DNA of 63,967 nt, the filler included, from an uncultured bacterium (GTDB taxonomy: Bacteria; CAYSBA01), in NCBI GenBank assembly GCA_964429075.1. It is 4 parts of 4 records of this genome, joined end to end, with 100 filler letters (N's around TTAATTAATTAA, not from the genome) between each part and the next. Parts side by side here need not be neighbours in the genome. Positions count along the whole stretch, not along the records: positions 1 to 20,048 come from CAYSBA010000001.1; positions 20,149 to 37,180 come from CAYSBA010000002.1; 2 more parts are not named here. One strand, written 5' to 3'. Below are positions 9,591-20,150 of the stretch, in pieces. Under the pieces are notes generated by a model, which was given only the letters and a program-made list of their open reading frames with translations, did not search any database and was not told the origin of the DNA. Each line of letters starts with the position of its first letter. Positions within the stretch are counted from its first letter, which is position 1. The position numbers and the translations under genes were made by a program.

Positions 9591-11297
9591 ATGCTTGAGA
9601 CATGGAAAAAGATAGGTGAGATCCTTATTGATACCTCAGGATTAAGTAGAGAAGACCTTGAAAAGGCCTTACAAAGGCAACGGGAGAAGGGAGGATTGAT
9701 CGGCCAGCATCTTCTTGAACTCAAGCTCATTGAGTCGAGGGATCTGTATTCAGCCCTTGCACTTCAGCTCTCACTGCCATTCTTAGACAGCATAGATTAT
9801 GAACATATTGATCTTGAGCTTGTAGCAAAGGTGCCCATTAACATTGCTAAAAGGCATCTGATTCTCCCGATTGGTAGTGACAATGAAAGGATTAAGGTTG
9901 TTACGGCTAATCCACTAAATATTGAAATGATTGACTCACTTTCAATCCTGCTCAATGCAAGATTATCAATCTATGTGGCAGAACCATCTACAGTCATTTC
10001 TGCAATAAACCATGCCTATGACATGCTCTCTTCTGAAGCAGAAAAGGTAATGGATGATATCGAAGACAACGTTATCGATGATTTTGCAGAAGAGCTCTCA
10101 GAGCCCATGGATCTGCTCGATGCATCTGATGAGGCACCTATAATCAGATTTGTGAACTCACTTTTTTCTCAGGCAATAAAGCAGAGGGCAAGTGATATTC
10201 ACATAGAGCCATTTGAGAGAGATCTCGTTGTAAGATACAGGATAGATGGTGTGTTATATGAGATTTTGAGACCTCCCAAACGACTCCATAACAGTATAAT
10301 CTCAAGGATAAAGGTAATGGCAAGGCTGAACATTGCTGAAAAACGTCTACCCCAGGATGGCAGAATAAGGATAAAGATCGCAGGTAAGGATGTTGATGTA
10401 AGAGTCTCGGTAATACCAACCTCCTACGGTGAGCGTGTGGTGATGAGGCTTTTAGATCGTTCAGAAATCCTGCTTGATCTTGAAGATCTTGGTCTAAGCA
10501 AAAAGGACTATGAAATACTATCCAGATTGATAAAACTCAGTCATGGTATAATCCTTGTAACAGGTCCAACAGGATGTGGTAAAACTACGACACTCTACGC
10601 CTGTCTGAATAAGATTAACAGACCTGATATCAATATACTGACCGTTGAAGACCCGGTTGAGTACCAGTTAGAAGGTATTGGCCAGTTAGAGGTACAACCG
10701 AAGATTGGTCTAAGTTTCGCAAATGCCTTGAGATCCTTTCTGAGACAGGACCCTGATGTCATACTTGTGGGTGAGATAAGGGATTTAGAGACTGCAGAGA
10801 TTGCCATTCAGGCATCTCTTACAGGCCATCTCGTATTCAGTACCCTTCATACAAACGATGCAGCTGGTGCAATTACAAGATTGGTGGATATGGGTGTTGA
10901 AAATTATCTTGTTGCATCGTCACTTGTTGCTGTTATAGCACAGAGACTGGTAAGAGTACTCTGTGATTCATGCAAGGTACCATATTCGCCTTTAGAGAGC
11001 GAACTCAGACAGCTTGGAATCTTCGGGAAGGATCATAACGGCACCATTTTCAAAGCTGCTGGATGTAAAAAATGTATGAATACAGGTTACAAAGGCAGGA
11101 CTGGAATTTATGAAATATTGTTGATGAATGAAGATATAAAAGACATGATCTTAAAAAATGAGAGTGCAGGCAGGATAAAAAGTTGTGCTATCAAAAGTGG
11201 TATGAGGACCTTAAGGAGTGATGGTGCCGATAAGGTGTTGAAGGGGATAACAACAATAGAGGAGGTGCTTAGGGTTACTCAGGAGGATGCACTGTAA
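9591..11297 (+). CDS. gspE: Type II secretion ATPase GspE
   Basis: RASDIHIEP, EKRLPQDGRI, GPTGCGKTTT, LRQDPD, TGHLVFSTLHTN, CxxC...CxxC zinc motif. Confidence 0.97.
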   Translation: MLETWKKIGEILIDTSGLSREDLEKALQRQREKGGLIGQHLLELKLIESRDLYSALALQLSLPFLDSIDYEHIDLELVAKVPINIAKRHLILPIGSDNERIKVVTANPLNIEMIDSLSILLNARLSIYVAEPSTVISAINHAYDMLSSEAEKVMDDIEDNVIDDFAEELSEPMDLLDASDEAPIIRFVNSLFSQAIKQRASDIHIEPFERDLVVRYRIDGVLYEILRPPKRLHNSIISRIKVMARLNIAEKRLPQDGRIRIKIAGKDVDVRVSVIPTSYGERVVMRLLDRSEILLDLEDLGLSKKDYEILSRLIKLSHGIILVTGPTGCGKTTTLYACLNKINRPDINILTVEDPVEYQLEGIGQLEVQPKIGLSFANALRSFLRQDPDVILVGEIRDLETAEIAIQASLTGHLVFSTLHTNDAAGAITRLVDMGVENYLVASSLVAVIAQRLVRVLCDSCKVPYSPLESELRQLGIFGKDHNGTIFKAAGCKKCMNTGYKGRTGIYEILLMNEDIKDMILKNESAGRIKSCAIKSGMRTLRSDGADKVLKGITTIEEVLRVTQEDAL

Positions 11298-12535
11298 TGC
11301 CAGTATATGCCTACAAAGGTTATGATTCAAAGGGTAAAAGGGTATCTGGTATTGCCAGTGCTGATAGCAGATCATCTCTCAAAGAGCAACTTAAATCAAA
11401 GGGGATCTATGTCTATGAGATCGCTGAGAAGGTTGGGGATAAAAAAGTACAGGGATCAGAGAAGACCTTTAGTTTCAAGATTAATATATTTGGTAGAAGA
11501 CGGGTTTCAAAGGCAGCAATCGCACTTATGACAAGACAATTTTCAACCCTTGTTAGATCGGGTATGCCGATCGCTGAATCACTTGAGGCCCTTACAAAAC
11601 AGACTGAAGACCCAAAACTTAAATTAATAATAAGCAGTATCTATCAAAATGTAACAGAGGGCATAACGTTATCTGACAGCATGGGACGTTACAGGGATGT
11701 ATTTGGTGATCTATATGTAAATATGGTAAAGGCAGGCGAGAGTTCTGGTACCCTTGATATCGTACTTGAAAGACTGGCAGATCTTACTGAAAGTCAGGAT
11801 GAATTAAGCCAGAAGATAATCGGTGCATTATTCTACCCCATAATCATGGTAGTAGTGGGTACTCTGATTATGGGTGTATTATTCGTATGGGTTTTACCAA
11901 AATTAACGAGGATATTCGAAGAGGCTGGTGCTGCTCTGCCACTAATAACAAAGATTGTTATTGGAATATCACAGTTTTCCAGAGATTGGTGGTATGTGGT
12001 AATCTTTATAATAGGGGCATTGTATTGGGGCATAAGGTCATTCTTAAGGACCGAAAAGGGACGGTATCTTTTTTTTTTTTTTTTACTTGTTGCACCAATC
12101 TTTGGCAATATTGTTGAACTTATCAATATGGAGAGATTTTCCAGAACCCTTGGTACCCTCCTTAAAAGTGGTGTCCCTATTATCGTATCACTTGATATTG
12201 TAAAAAGTATCATGAACAATAGACTGCTTCAGGATGCTGTGGAAATGTCAAAGGAGAGTGTTAGTGAAGGCAGTGTCCTATATAGGCCCCTGGAGCAGAG
12301 TGGGCTCTTCCCCCCAATATTGACACATATGATATCCATCGGCGAAAAGACAGGACAGCTTGAAGATATGCTTCTTCATGCAGCAAGGTCCTATGAGAAT
12401 CAATTGACAAGGAGAATTGCCAATCTTACATCACTCCTTGAGCCAATCATGATAGTTTTAATGGGTGGTGCGGTCTTTGTTATAATCATTTCTGTCCTTG
12501 TCCCGATCTTAAGATTAAATGAACTAATAAGGTAG
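11297..12535 (+). CDS. gspF: Type II secretion inner-membrane platform protein GspF
   Basis: MPVYAYKG, YVNMVKAGESSG, ALFYP, GEKTGQL, LLEPIMIV. Confidence 0.96.
   Translation: MPVYAYKGYDSKGKRVSGIASADSRSSLKEQLKSKGIYVYEIAEKVGDKKVQGSEKTFSFKINIFGRRRVSKAAIALMTRQFSTLVRSGMPIAESLEALTKQTEDPKLKLIISSIYQNVTEGITLSDSMGRYRDVFGDLYVNMVKAGESSGTLDIVLERLADLTESQDELSQKIIGALFYPIIMVVVGTLIMGVLFVWVLPKLTRIFEEAGAALPLITKIVIGISQFSRDWWYVVIFIIGALYWGIRSFLRTEKGRYLFFFFLLVAPIFGNIVELINMERFSRTLGTLLKSGVPIIVSLDIVKSIMNNRLLQDAVEMSKESVSEGSVLYRPLEQSGLFPPILTHMISIGEKTGQLEDMLLHAARSYENQLTRRIANLTSLLEPIMIVLMGGAVFVIIISVLVPILRLNELIR
12069..12084 (+). repeat. T16 homopolymer inside gspF
   Basis: 16 consecutive T, in frame, encoding LFFFFL. Confidence 0.9.
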
Positions 12536-12545
12536 GAGGACTACT

Positions 12546-12953
12546 ATGGAAAATCGTAAAGAGAAAAGACAGATGAAAGGTTTTACGCTGATAGAGATAA
12601 TGGTTGTTATAACCATAATAGGAATGATTGCTGCCATGGTGGGAATTGCGGTTGTCAAAAGGCTCGATGAAGCAAAGCAGCAGACAGCAAAGGCTCAGAT
12701 AAAGACACTTGAGAATGCCCTTGATCTTTATAAGATAAAGCATGGACGATATCCAAGAACAGATGAGGGGCTGCAGGTACTGGTTACAGAGGGCTTGATT
12801 AAATCTAAGGAGGTGCCCAAGGATCCCTGGGGACATGATTATGTTTACATCTTTCCAGGGGAACACAACCGTGATTACTTTGATCTTTTCTCATACGGCG
12901 CTGATGGAACAGAGGGGGGTGAAGGAGTGAATGCCGACATTGGGAATTGGTGA
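12546..12953 (+). CDS. gspG: Major pseudopilin GspG
   Basis: GFTLIEIMVV prepilin site, ALDLYK, PKDPWGHDY, SYGADG, DIGNW. Confidence 0.96.
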   Translation: MENRKEKRQMKGFTLIEIMVVITIIGMIAAMVGIAVVKRLDEAKQQTAKAQIKTLENALDLYKIKHGRYPRTDEGLQVLVTEGLIKSKEVPKDPWGHDYVYIFPGEHNRDYFDLFSYGADGTEGGEGVNADIGNW

Positions 12954-12956
12954 AGT

Positions 12957-13598
12957 ATGAAGAGGGGTTTTACACTTATAGAGCTATCTGTAACCCTTAT
13001 TGTTATGGCTCTGATTGTTGGGATTGCTCTTCCGAGTGTGATGAGCGTGCAATTCAGCAGATTAAAGGGTGATGCTGAAAGGTTACTATCATTATGCAGA
13101 TATCTGAGTGATGTTTCTGTAACAAGGGGTATTGATATCAGGCTATTGATTGATCTTGATGAAGGTACATGGAAGGTGCTCTATACTAAGGAAAATATAA
13201 AATTAAACAGAGGACTTGGTGGTGAGTTGATGGAGATATATAATATAATGAATGGGCTCGTTGGTTTTGACGATGCATTGGCTGAACTAAACAAAAAAAA
13301 AGAGACAGTCTTTGAAGAACTAAATGACAGGATTATAAAGAATAATAAGCTTTCAGATGGAATAAGATTTGTGGCTCTAAGGAGTGCTCATGTGCCAGAG
13401 GGTGTGTCTGAGGGGAGAGTTTCGATTTACTTTCTGTCCAATGGCATGATCGAGCCATTTGTAATTGTTATAGGTAATGATACTGATTCGTATTCACTTG
13501 TAAGTGAAGAGATGACGGGTAGAATAAGGCTTTTTGATGGAGATATTTCTGAGGATTTTGAAAAGTTATATGAAGAAGAAGAGGATATCTGGAAGTAG
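12957..13598 (+). CDS. gspH: Minor pseudopilin GspH-like
   Basis: GFTLIEL prepilin motif; position after gspG. Confidence 0.8.
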   Translation: MKRGFTLIELSVTLIVMALIVGIALPSVMSVQFSRLKGDAERLLSLCRYLSDVSVTRGIDIRLLIDLDEGTWKVLYTKENIKLNRGLGGELMEIYNIMNGLVGFDDALAELNKKKETVFEELNDRIIKNNKLSDGIRFVALRSAHVPEGVSEGRVSIYFLSNGMIEPFVIVIGNDTDSYSLVSEEMTGRIRLFDGDISEDFEKLYEEEEDIWK

Positions 13599-14172
13599 AT
13601 CACTTTTTAAGGGGTTTACCCTTCTTGAGGTGATGATTGCACTTGCAATTTTGTCAATTTCACTTGTTGTGCTGCTCAGTGCGCAGGGGGCGACTACTCG
13701 AGCAACCTTGTATATAAAAAGAATGACTCAAGCTGCTTTATTGTTTCAGGCAAAGATGTCTCAAATAGAAAGAAAATTAATAAAAGATGGTTTCAGCCCT
13801 GATACGGAAACAGATGAGGGCGATTTTTACGATGAAGGATTTGAGGATTTCAACTGGCAATATGAGATAAAAAAGATAGATGTCCCAGTTCCATCAATTA
13901 CAGGACAAGATCAGGTTGTTACACAGATAGCTGGTTTTAATGTTACATCAGGTATGGTTTCACAGATGATGCAATCGGTTCAGCAAGTTGTTGAGAATCA
14001 GATAAGAGAGGTAAGGCTTACTGTTTCATGGAAGGATGGCAAACAGATGGAGAGTATAAGTGGTTTTCTTTATGTGGTAAGACTGCCACGATCTGAATCA
14101 AAAGGTGCAAGGATTAATCCTAAGTTTGTACAACCAAAGGTGATGAAGAGAATTGAGGTATTTCCAAGGTGA
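13570..14172 (+). CDS. gspI: Minor pseudopilin GspI-like
   Basis: GFTLLEVMIALAI; REVRLTVSW; operon order; start codon uncertain. Confidence 0.8.
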   Translation: MKKKRISGSRSLFKGFTLLEVMIALAILSISLVVLLSAQGATTRATLYIKRMTQAALLFQAKMSQIERKLIKDGFSPDTETDEGDFYDEGFEDFNWQYEIKKIDVPVPSITGQDQVVTQIAGFNVTSGMVSQMMQSVQQVVENQIREVRLTVSWKDGKQMESISGFLYVVRLPRSESKGARINPKFVQPKVMKRIEVFPR

Positions 14173-14837
14173 GGTCTTTGAAACAGAGGGGTTTTACACT
14201 TATAGAGATCATGGTTGCTCTCAGTATTATTGTTGTAATCTCTGTTACTGTCTGGGAGAGCATGTCAAAGACATTTGATACGGTTGAGTATGTAGATGCT
14301 GTCAGAGAACGCTACAGGATTGCACGTCTTTTTCTATTTAGATTGTCAAAGGAGCTGCGAGGTGCATTTTTGTCACTCTCAAAAAAGAATGATGATGGTG
14401 AGCTATTAACTTTCTTTATTGGGAAGGATGAGGTGCAGGTAGATAGAATAGATTTTTTTGGCTTTGTACATGAGCCACTTTTAGAAAATGCAAAGGAGTC
14501 TGATGTATCAGAGGTTACATACTTTGGAGTACCTGATAGAGATGGGACCTACAGAATACTGAGGCACGAGAATGTTTATCCAGATGGTGAAGAATACGAA
14601 GATGAAAAGGGGCTTGTTGTAATAGATCATGTCAAAGAGTTTGATGTAAGATATTTCTCAATAAAAAAGAATGAGTGGTACGATGAATGGAACTCCAGAT
14701 CTATGGATCATAAAGAAAAGCTTCCTGATGCAGTATCTATAACCTTGGTGCTTAAAGATCCGGATGGCCAGGATATAAAATTTTATACAGAGGTGAATCT
14801 TCCAATGCATGCTCCAATTGATCTGAGGGCGTGGTGA
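14169..14837 (+). CDS. gspJ: Minor pseudopilin GspJ
   Basis: GFTLIEIMVA; WYDEWNS...LPDAVSITL C-terminal motif. Confidence 0.85.
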   Translation: MRSLKQRGFTLIEIMVALSIIVVISVTVWESMSKTFDTVEYVDAVRERYRIARLFLFRLSKELRGAFLSLSKKNDDGELLTFFIGKDEVQVDRIDFFGFVHEPLLENAKESDVSEVTYFGVPDRDGTYRILRHENVYPDGEEYEDEKGLVVIDHVKEFDVRYFSIKKNEWYDEWNSRSMDHKEKLPDAVSITLVLKDPDGQDIKFYTEVNLPMHAPIDLRAW

Positions 14838-16009
14838 ATAAAATAAAACGAAAAAGAGGTATTGCTCTCCTTCTGGTGATTGTATACATAACAATATTCT
14901 CGACAATCATCCTGAATTTTCAATATCGAGGACGGGTTGATCTGTTGACAGCTGCCGGTGTTAGAGATGGTATAAGGGCAATATTTGCTGCCCAATCTGC
15001 TGTTAATCTATCAAGGCTTGTCCTACATTATCAATCCTATCTTGATGAGACCTTGAAGAGATTAAACATAAATATTCAGCTAACCAAACTTATCCCTATC
15101 GATAAAGATGTTACTGACATGCTTTTTAATGGTGATATTGCGAATATGATGGGCGTAGGAGTAGCACCCGAAGAGACACCATCAAAAGAATCGGAAGTCA
15201 AAAAAGATACAGAGGAAATAGTATGGGAGGGCCTTGATGATATAAAATTTTATTCCTCTATAGATGATGAGAGCAACAAGATTAATATCAATTATGCAGG
15301 TGGATTGATTACAAACAATCAGATATTATACTTTAGACTGATTGGGCTTTTCTCTGATGATAGATATAGAGAATTTTTTGAAAATGAGCGGGCAGATGGA
15401 CAACGAATGTCACCCGAAGATTATATACTTGCAATCGCAGATTGGGTGGATCCAGACAATGTTCAGGCCTTTTTTGATCCAATAAAGGGATTTGTACCAG
15501 GTGCAGGATCGGAAGACAGTTATTATCAATCTAGAAGGCCTCCATATGAGCCAAAGGATGCTCTCTTTGATACACTTGAAGAATTGCGACTTGTAAGGGG
15601 AGTAGACGATGAATTTATGAGACTTTTTGCAGATAAATTGACTGTATATCCTACTAAAGGCATGAATGTAAATACAGCATCTTTCAAGGATGTTCTCCTT
15701 CTATGTCTTGCCTGTGATCCATCGAATGTTGCCTTAAGAGATGTCAAAGTATTGCAGGAATTTATGAGTCGATTTATCGAACGTCAGTTACTCGCACCAT
15801 TTAAAGGAGATCAGGACTTTCTTGATTTTATAGAACCATACTGTGGATGTGGAAAGTTACCTTTCAACACAAAGGCCCTGCTTGGAACAACGAGCTACGT
15901 CTATCGCATAAATGGATATGGCCTTGCAGGTGATTCTGTTGTTAAAATAAGAACTGTGGTTATCAGTAGTGGTGGGTTACAGGATTTTTTGTACTATAGA
16001 ATTGAATAG
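14831..16009 (+). CDS. gspK: Minor pseudopilin GspK
   Basis: RGIALLLV (no Glu5), DESNKININ, IADWVDPD, EELRLVRGV, NVNTAS. Confidence 0.92.
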   Translation: MVNKIKRKRGIALLLVIVYITIFSTIILNFQYRGRVDLLTAAGVRDGIRAIFAAQSAVNLSRLVLHYQSYLDETLKRLNINIQLTKLIPIDKDVTDMLFNGDIANMMGVGVAPEETPSKESEVKKDTEEIVWEGLDDIKFYSSIDDESNKININYAGGLITNNQILYFRLIGLFSDDRYREFFENERADGQRMSPEDYILAIADWVDPDNVQAFFDPIKGFVPGAGSEDSYYQSRRPPYEPKDALFDTLEELRLVRGVDDEFMRLFADKLTVYPTKGMNVNTASFKDVLLLCLACDPSNVALRDVKVLQEFMSRFIERQLLAPFKGDQDFLDFIEPYCGCGKLPFNTKALLGTTSYVYRINGYGLAGDSVVKIRTVVISSGGLQDFLYYRIE

Positions 16010-16018
16010 GAGATAGTG

Positions 16019-17359
16019 ATGGCCCTAATTGCTGGAGTTGATATCGTTGGTGATGAGGTAAATGTAGTAATTGTTGAATCATCCTTCAGGAATAACAGAT
16101 ATTACGACGCATTTTCATTTACTATCGACAAAGATACAGATACATGGACAATCCTAAAGAGTGTTGCTGAGAGGATACAGCAGCCTGTTCAATTTTCAAT
16201 GGCAGTAGATAGAGATAGAGAGCTTAGGTTATTTCTTGATATCCCTCTTAGAGACATGAAAAAGATAGAGGCAGTGCTTCCTTCAGAGATAGAGAATATA
16301 TATCCAGATAGTGCTGAAGGTCTTCAATACGATTTTATAAGGCTCAAAAGAGGCGTCTTTCTGTGTGGTGTAACAAAGGAATATCTGTCTGAAAAACTTA
16401 AAGATTTCAAAGATTCGTCCTTTGAACCACATACACTTACATCAGAGACCTTTGCGGTCTTTTCTCTTTTTAAAGAGGGAAAAGAAAATACAATGTTGAT
16501 TAGTTTATATAAAGGTCGTGTGGTTGTTGTATATCTTGATAAAGAGGGGATCATCTGGGGACGTAGTGAATATCTTTGTAAAAAAGATAGGATTGATACA
16601 TATATCATCAAAAATATCAGGACAATAAAATCAAAAATAGGCGCATGGCCTGAAAAGATAATATTTATTGGAGATCCAGAGAGTGATCTTGAGAATATAG
16701 AAAAGGCCGGTATTGAGATAACAGTTCACAAAAGATTTACACTTACTGGGATTGAGCTTGATTCTAAATTTGTTATTGCTGCTGGACTTGCACTTTCGAG
16801 GCTAAAGTCGCAAAACGATAGAATAGAATTCAGAAAGGGCGATTTTACCTATCATGGTGAGTACGACTATCTGGGTAGTTACATAAAAAAGACGCTTATC
16901 TTTATAGCTGGCCTGATCCTGGTTTTGTTTTTGAGATCGATAGCCACATCATACACCCTGTCTGCAAAAGAGAAAGATCAGCTATCAGAGCTAAGAAATA
17001 TTACAAACAGGGTCCTTGGTAAGGAGTATACAGACTTTAGAAAGGCACTTGCTGTCATGCGTTCCGATGTAACCCCAAAAGAACAAAAGGACATGAAACC
17101 GAGTGTACTCGATGTGCTCGGTGAGCTTCTTTTACGTATCCCAAAGAAGGCAGACATAAAGATAGTATCAATTGATATATCTCCAGAATCTCTGAGATTT
17201 GAAGGAAGTACAAATAAATTTGAAAATGTTGATCTTTTTGTAAATGCACTTAAGGGATACAGTCGTATCTCTGAAATAAAAAAGGGACGAGTTGGAAAAT
17301 CATTTGGTGGTACAGGCATAAAGTTTAAATTGCTGATAAAATTAAAGCAGGGAATGTAG
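16019..17359 (+). CDS. gspL: Type II secretion protein L (actin-like cytoplasmic domain, TM, PilN-like domain)
   Basis: AGVDI start, GLALS...IEFRKGDF before a single TM; operon position. Confidence 0.8.
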   Translation: MALIAGVDIVGDEVNVVIVESSFRNNRYYDAFSFTIDKDTDTWTILKSVAERIQQPVQFSMAVDRDRELRLFLDIPLRDMKKIEAVLPSEIENIYPDSAEGLQYDFIRLKRGVFLCGVTKEYLSEKLKDFKDSSFEPHTLTSETFAVFSLFKEGKENTMLISLYKGRVVVVYLDKEGIIWGRSEYLCKKDRIDTYIIKNIRTIKSKIGAWPEKIIFIGDPESDLENIEKAGIEITVHKRFTLTGIELDSKFVIAAGLALSRLKSQNDRIEFRKGDFTYHGEYDYLGSYIKKTLIFIAGLILVLFLRSIATSYTLSAKEKDQLSELRNITNRVLGKEYTDFRKALAVMRSDVTPKEQKDMKPSVLDVLGELLLRIPKKADIKIVSIDISPESLRFEGSTNKFENVDLFVNALKGYSRISEIKKGRVGKSFGGTGIKFKLLIKLKQGM

Positions 17360-17360
17360 T

Positions 17361-17900
17361 ATGAACAGGTTGATAGAGATAATAAGATCGGCTTCAAAGA
17401 GAGAGAAGATCCTTCTGGGTATTGCTGTATTTGTTTTTATAATTTTCATCACATTTATTGTAAGCACTATTATTGGTTCTTCCCTTGAGAAAAAGAGACG
17501 AAGGATAGCCAACAATCAAAAGAGACTTGATGAGATAATAAAGATCTCTAAAGGGTATCAGGATGCAAAACGTGCAAAAGAAAGACTCTATGATGAACTC
17601 AAAAAGACAAAAAATTTATCACTATTTCCAATTATAGAGACTGCCGCTGAAAAGGAGGGTATAAAGATAGAAAATATGAATGAGAAGACAAGAAAATCCA
17701 AAGATAAAAAGATGGTAGAAAAATCTGTAGATGTAAAGATAGAGGCAATAGGTATTGAGGATTTTTTAAGACTTGCAAAAAAGATTGAATCTTCTGGAAG
17801 CCTCGTTAGAATAACAACAATAAAGATGAATCGTTCATTAGTAGATGAGAAGAAATATAAGATATCTTTTACGGTAAGCACCTATTATCTGGAGGATTGA
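17361..17900 (+). CDS. gspM: Type II secretion protein M
   Basis: SKREKILL + TM + coiled coil + ferredoxin-like C-terminus; operon position. Confidence 0.8.
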   Translation: MNRLIEIIRSASKREKILLGIAVFVFIIFITFIVSTIIGSSLEKKRRRIANNQKRLDEIIKISKGYQDAKRAKERLYDELKKTKNLSLFPIIETAAEKEGIKIENMNEKTRKSKDKKMVEKSVDVKIEAIGIEDFLRLAKKIESSGSLVRITTIKMNRSLVDEKKYKISFTVSTYYLED

Positions 17901-17904
17901 TGTT

Positions 17905-18819
17905 ATGAAATCAGAGCTGATAAAGAGGGTAATTACTGTTTCTGGATATATATTGATTTTCTTGGTCACCTTTATGATCTCTGCGGTTAAAAATCTTGAC
18001 ATAACGGATATGGTTGGAGATTTTCTAAAGGAGAGGACAAAACCATATGGTATGGGTCTATCTATTGAAGATATCAATATGACTCTACCAGTCGGGATTG
18101 AGCTAAAAAACATTTTGCTGATCGGAAAGCCTCAGACCTGGATAGGGGATAATTTTCCGAATGGCCTTAAAATCGATAATTTAGAGGTTGATCTTTCTCT
18201 GTTGAGACTACTATTTGGAAAGATAATGTTAAATAACTCCTTTAAGTTCCTTGATGGATTGGGTAATTTTACCATAGCTATATCGGGGAATAATTTTGAT
18301 TCCAGTGGGGTTGTAAAGGATATTAAACTCGATGATATGATTCCACTTAAAAAAAAGTTTGGTATAAAAGTAAAATCTCGTTTAAGTTTAAAATGGTCTT
18401 TACAGGGTGACTATGCAAAGGCATCATCGATTAATGGATGGTTGAAACTGATGCTCTCTGATACAGGGTCTGAAAAATTAGATGCCTTTGGGTATCATAT
18501 ACCGCCCCTTACTATAGACCGTGTTGTTGTTGATTGTAATATAAAAAAGGGTGTAGTGAGGGTGCAGAAGGTCAGATCAAAGAGTAAAGATTTTGATGTT
18601 GATCTCAAGGGAGATGTCAGATTGATGGTCCCACCTTCAAGGAGTGTTCTAAAGTTAACATTACTGTTCAAGCCAACAGAATCATTACGCAGAAAGATGA
18701 GGAATATAAGCGGTCTGCTCAATCTTGCAGGTCTAAGACCATCGAGCAAACACAGAGGAATGTATGGCTATTATCTGTTTGGTAGTCTAAGCCGGATTGG
18801 AGTAAGGCCTATTAGATGA
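17905..18819 (+). CDS. gspN: Type II secretion protein N-like
   Basis: N-terminal TM, beta-rich AsmA-like body, last gene of the operon as in deltaproteobacterial T2SS clusters. Confidence 0.7.
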   Translation: MKSELIKRVITVSGYILIFLVTFMISAVKNLDITDMVGDFLKERTKPYGMGLSIEDINMTLPVGIELKNILLIGKPQTWIGDNFPNGLKIDNLEVDLSLLRLLFGKIMLNNSFKFLDGLGNFTIAISGNNFDSSGVVKDIKLDDMIPLKKKFGIKVKSRLSLKWSLQGDYAKASSINGWLKLMLSDTGSEKLDAFGYHIPPLTIDRVVVDCNIKKGVVRVQKVRSKSKDFDVDLKGDVRLMVPPSRSVLKLTLLFKPTESLRRKMRNISGLLNLAGLRPSSKHRGMYGYYLFGSLSRIGVRPIR

Positions 18820-19572
18820 ATCCCTTTTTTGTGCCCAATCTATGGTTTTAAAGAAAAGATCAATAGGTACAGGGAAGATTGTAGTAGAATTGTTTTCTGT
18901 AGCTATTTCTCTTAGTGTTTGTAGATACCTAAGTTGTATAGCTATCGGGCTCTGTTCCATCATCTTTGACGCCTGAAGTAATTTTTCTGCAGCCTGATAT
19001 TCACCTTCAGCTGCAATTATCTTTGCCCTTCTTTCTCTTTCTGCCTCTGCCTGTCTTGCCATTGCTCTCTGCATCTCTACCGGTAGGTCGATGTATTTCA
19101 ATTCTACTGCAGTTACTTTGACTCCCCATGGATCGGTCCCTTCATCAAGAATCTGCTGGATGTGAGAATTTATCTTGCTCCTTTCTGAGAGTAGTTCATC
19201 AAGTTCAGAATGTCCACAAACACTCCTTAGAGTGGTCTGAGCGAGCTGGCTTGTTGCATAGAGATAATTTTCTACCTCAAGGACAGCCTTTTGTGGATCT
19301 AATACCCTGAAGTATACGACTGCATTTACTTTGACAGAGACGTTGTCTTTGGTGATTACATCCTGTGGAGGGACATCAAGGGTTACAACCCTTAGACTAA
19401 CCTTTACCATCTTATCAATGATTGGCCACAAGATTATGAGACCTGGTCCTTTTACACCGACAATCCTACCAAGTCTAAAGATTACCGCACGTTCGTACTC
19501 TCTCAGGATCCTTATTGAATTTAGAATAATTATAATGCCGATAACCAAAAATACGATCAAAGAACCAGCCAT
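18787..19572 (-). CDS. Slipin / stomatin (SPFH, band 7) protein
   Basis: [55 protein letters not shown]. Confidence 0.95.
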   Translation of the reverse strand: MAGSLIVFLVIGIIIILNSIRILREYERAVIFRLGRIVGVKGPGLIILWPIIDKMVKVSLRVVTLDVPPQDVITKDNVSVKVNAVVYFRVLDPQKAVLEVENYLYATSQLAQTTLRSVCGHSELDELLSERSKINSHIQQILDEGTDPWGVKVTAVELKYIDLPVEMQRAMARQAEAERERRAKIIAAEGEYQAAEKLLQASKMMEQSPIAIQLRYLQTLREIATENNSTTIFPVPIDLFFKTIDWAQKRDSSNRPYSNPA

Positions 19573-19595
19573 GATAACCTCCTTTATAAAAAAGA

Positions 19596-20048
19596 TTAAT
19601 CTTTCTTTTTTTCTACAAAAAGGGTCAGCCCCTTGATTTTACTCACAACTACTCTATCGCCTGTGCTTAGATGATCAGATGATACAGCATTCCAAATCTC
19701 TCCCCTCAACTTTACCTTATATCTGTTTTCTGAGACAACTTCCATTATCTCTCCCTCCATCCCTACCATCCCCTCTTTGCCAGTTACAACCTTTGATCTA
19801 TGAGTTTTGATAATCAAAAAGACGAGGATGATCATAAAGAGGAATAATGCAAGTGATGCTCCAAAAATAAGACCCTTATCAAGATTTATATCCATTTTTG
19901 ATGTGTCAAAAAGTAAGAGACTACCGAATATAAAGGAGATTACACCACCGATACCCAGGATACCATGACTCGGGACAAACAGTTCTGCTGCAAGAAGTAG
20001 CATTGCCAGGATGATCAACAATAAGCCGGCCGTATTTATAGAAAGAAT
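19596..20048 (-). CDS. nfeD: NfeD family protein, partial (5' part lost at contig end)
   Basis: [32 protein letters not shown]-fold; adjacent to stomatin. Confidence 0.9.
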   Translation of the reverse strand: MLSINTAGLLLIILAMLLLAAELFVPSHGILGIGGVISFIFGSLLLFDTSKMDINLDKGLIFGASLALFLFMIILVFLIIKTHRSKVVTGKEGMVGMEGEIMEVVSENRYKVKLRGEIWNAVSSDHLSTGDRVVVSKIKGLTLFVEKKKD

Positions 20049-20148
20049 NNNNNNNNNNNNNNNNNNNNNNNNNNNNNNNNNNNNNNNNNNNNTTAATTAA
20101 TTAANNNNNNNNNNNNNNNNNNNNNNNNNNNNNNNNNNNNNNNNNNNN
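20049..20148. other. Artificial contig-joining spacer
   Basis: 44 N + TTAATTAATTAA (stops in all frames) + 44 N. Confidence 0.97.
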
Positions 20149-20150
20149 GT

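Noticed and set aside
20049..20148. TTAATTAATTAA palindrome flanked by Ns, repeated at 37181-37280 and 53616-53715
   Set aside because: Identical 100-nt synthetic spacer with stops in all frames; not biological. Adjacency across it is meaningless.
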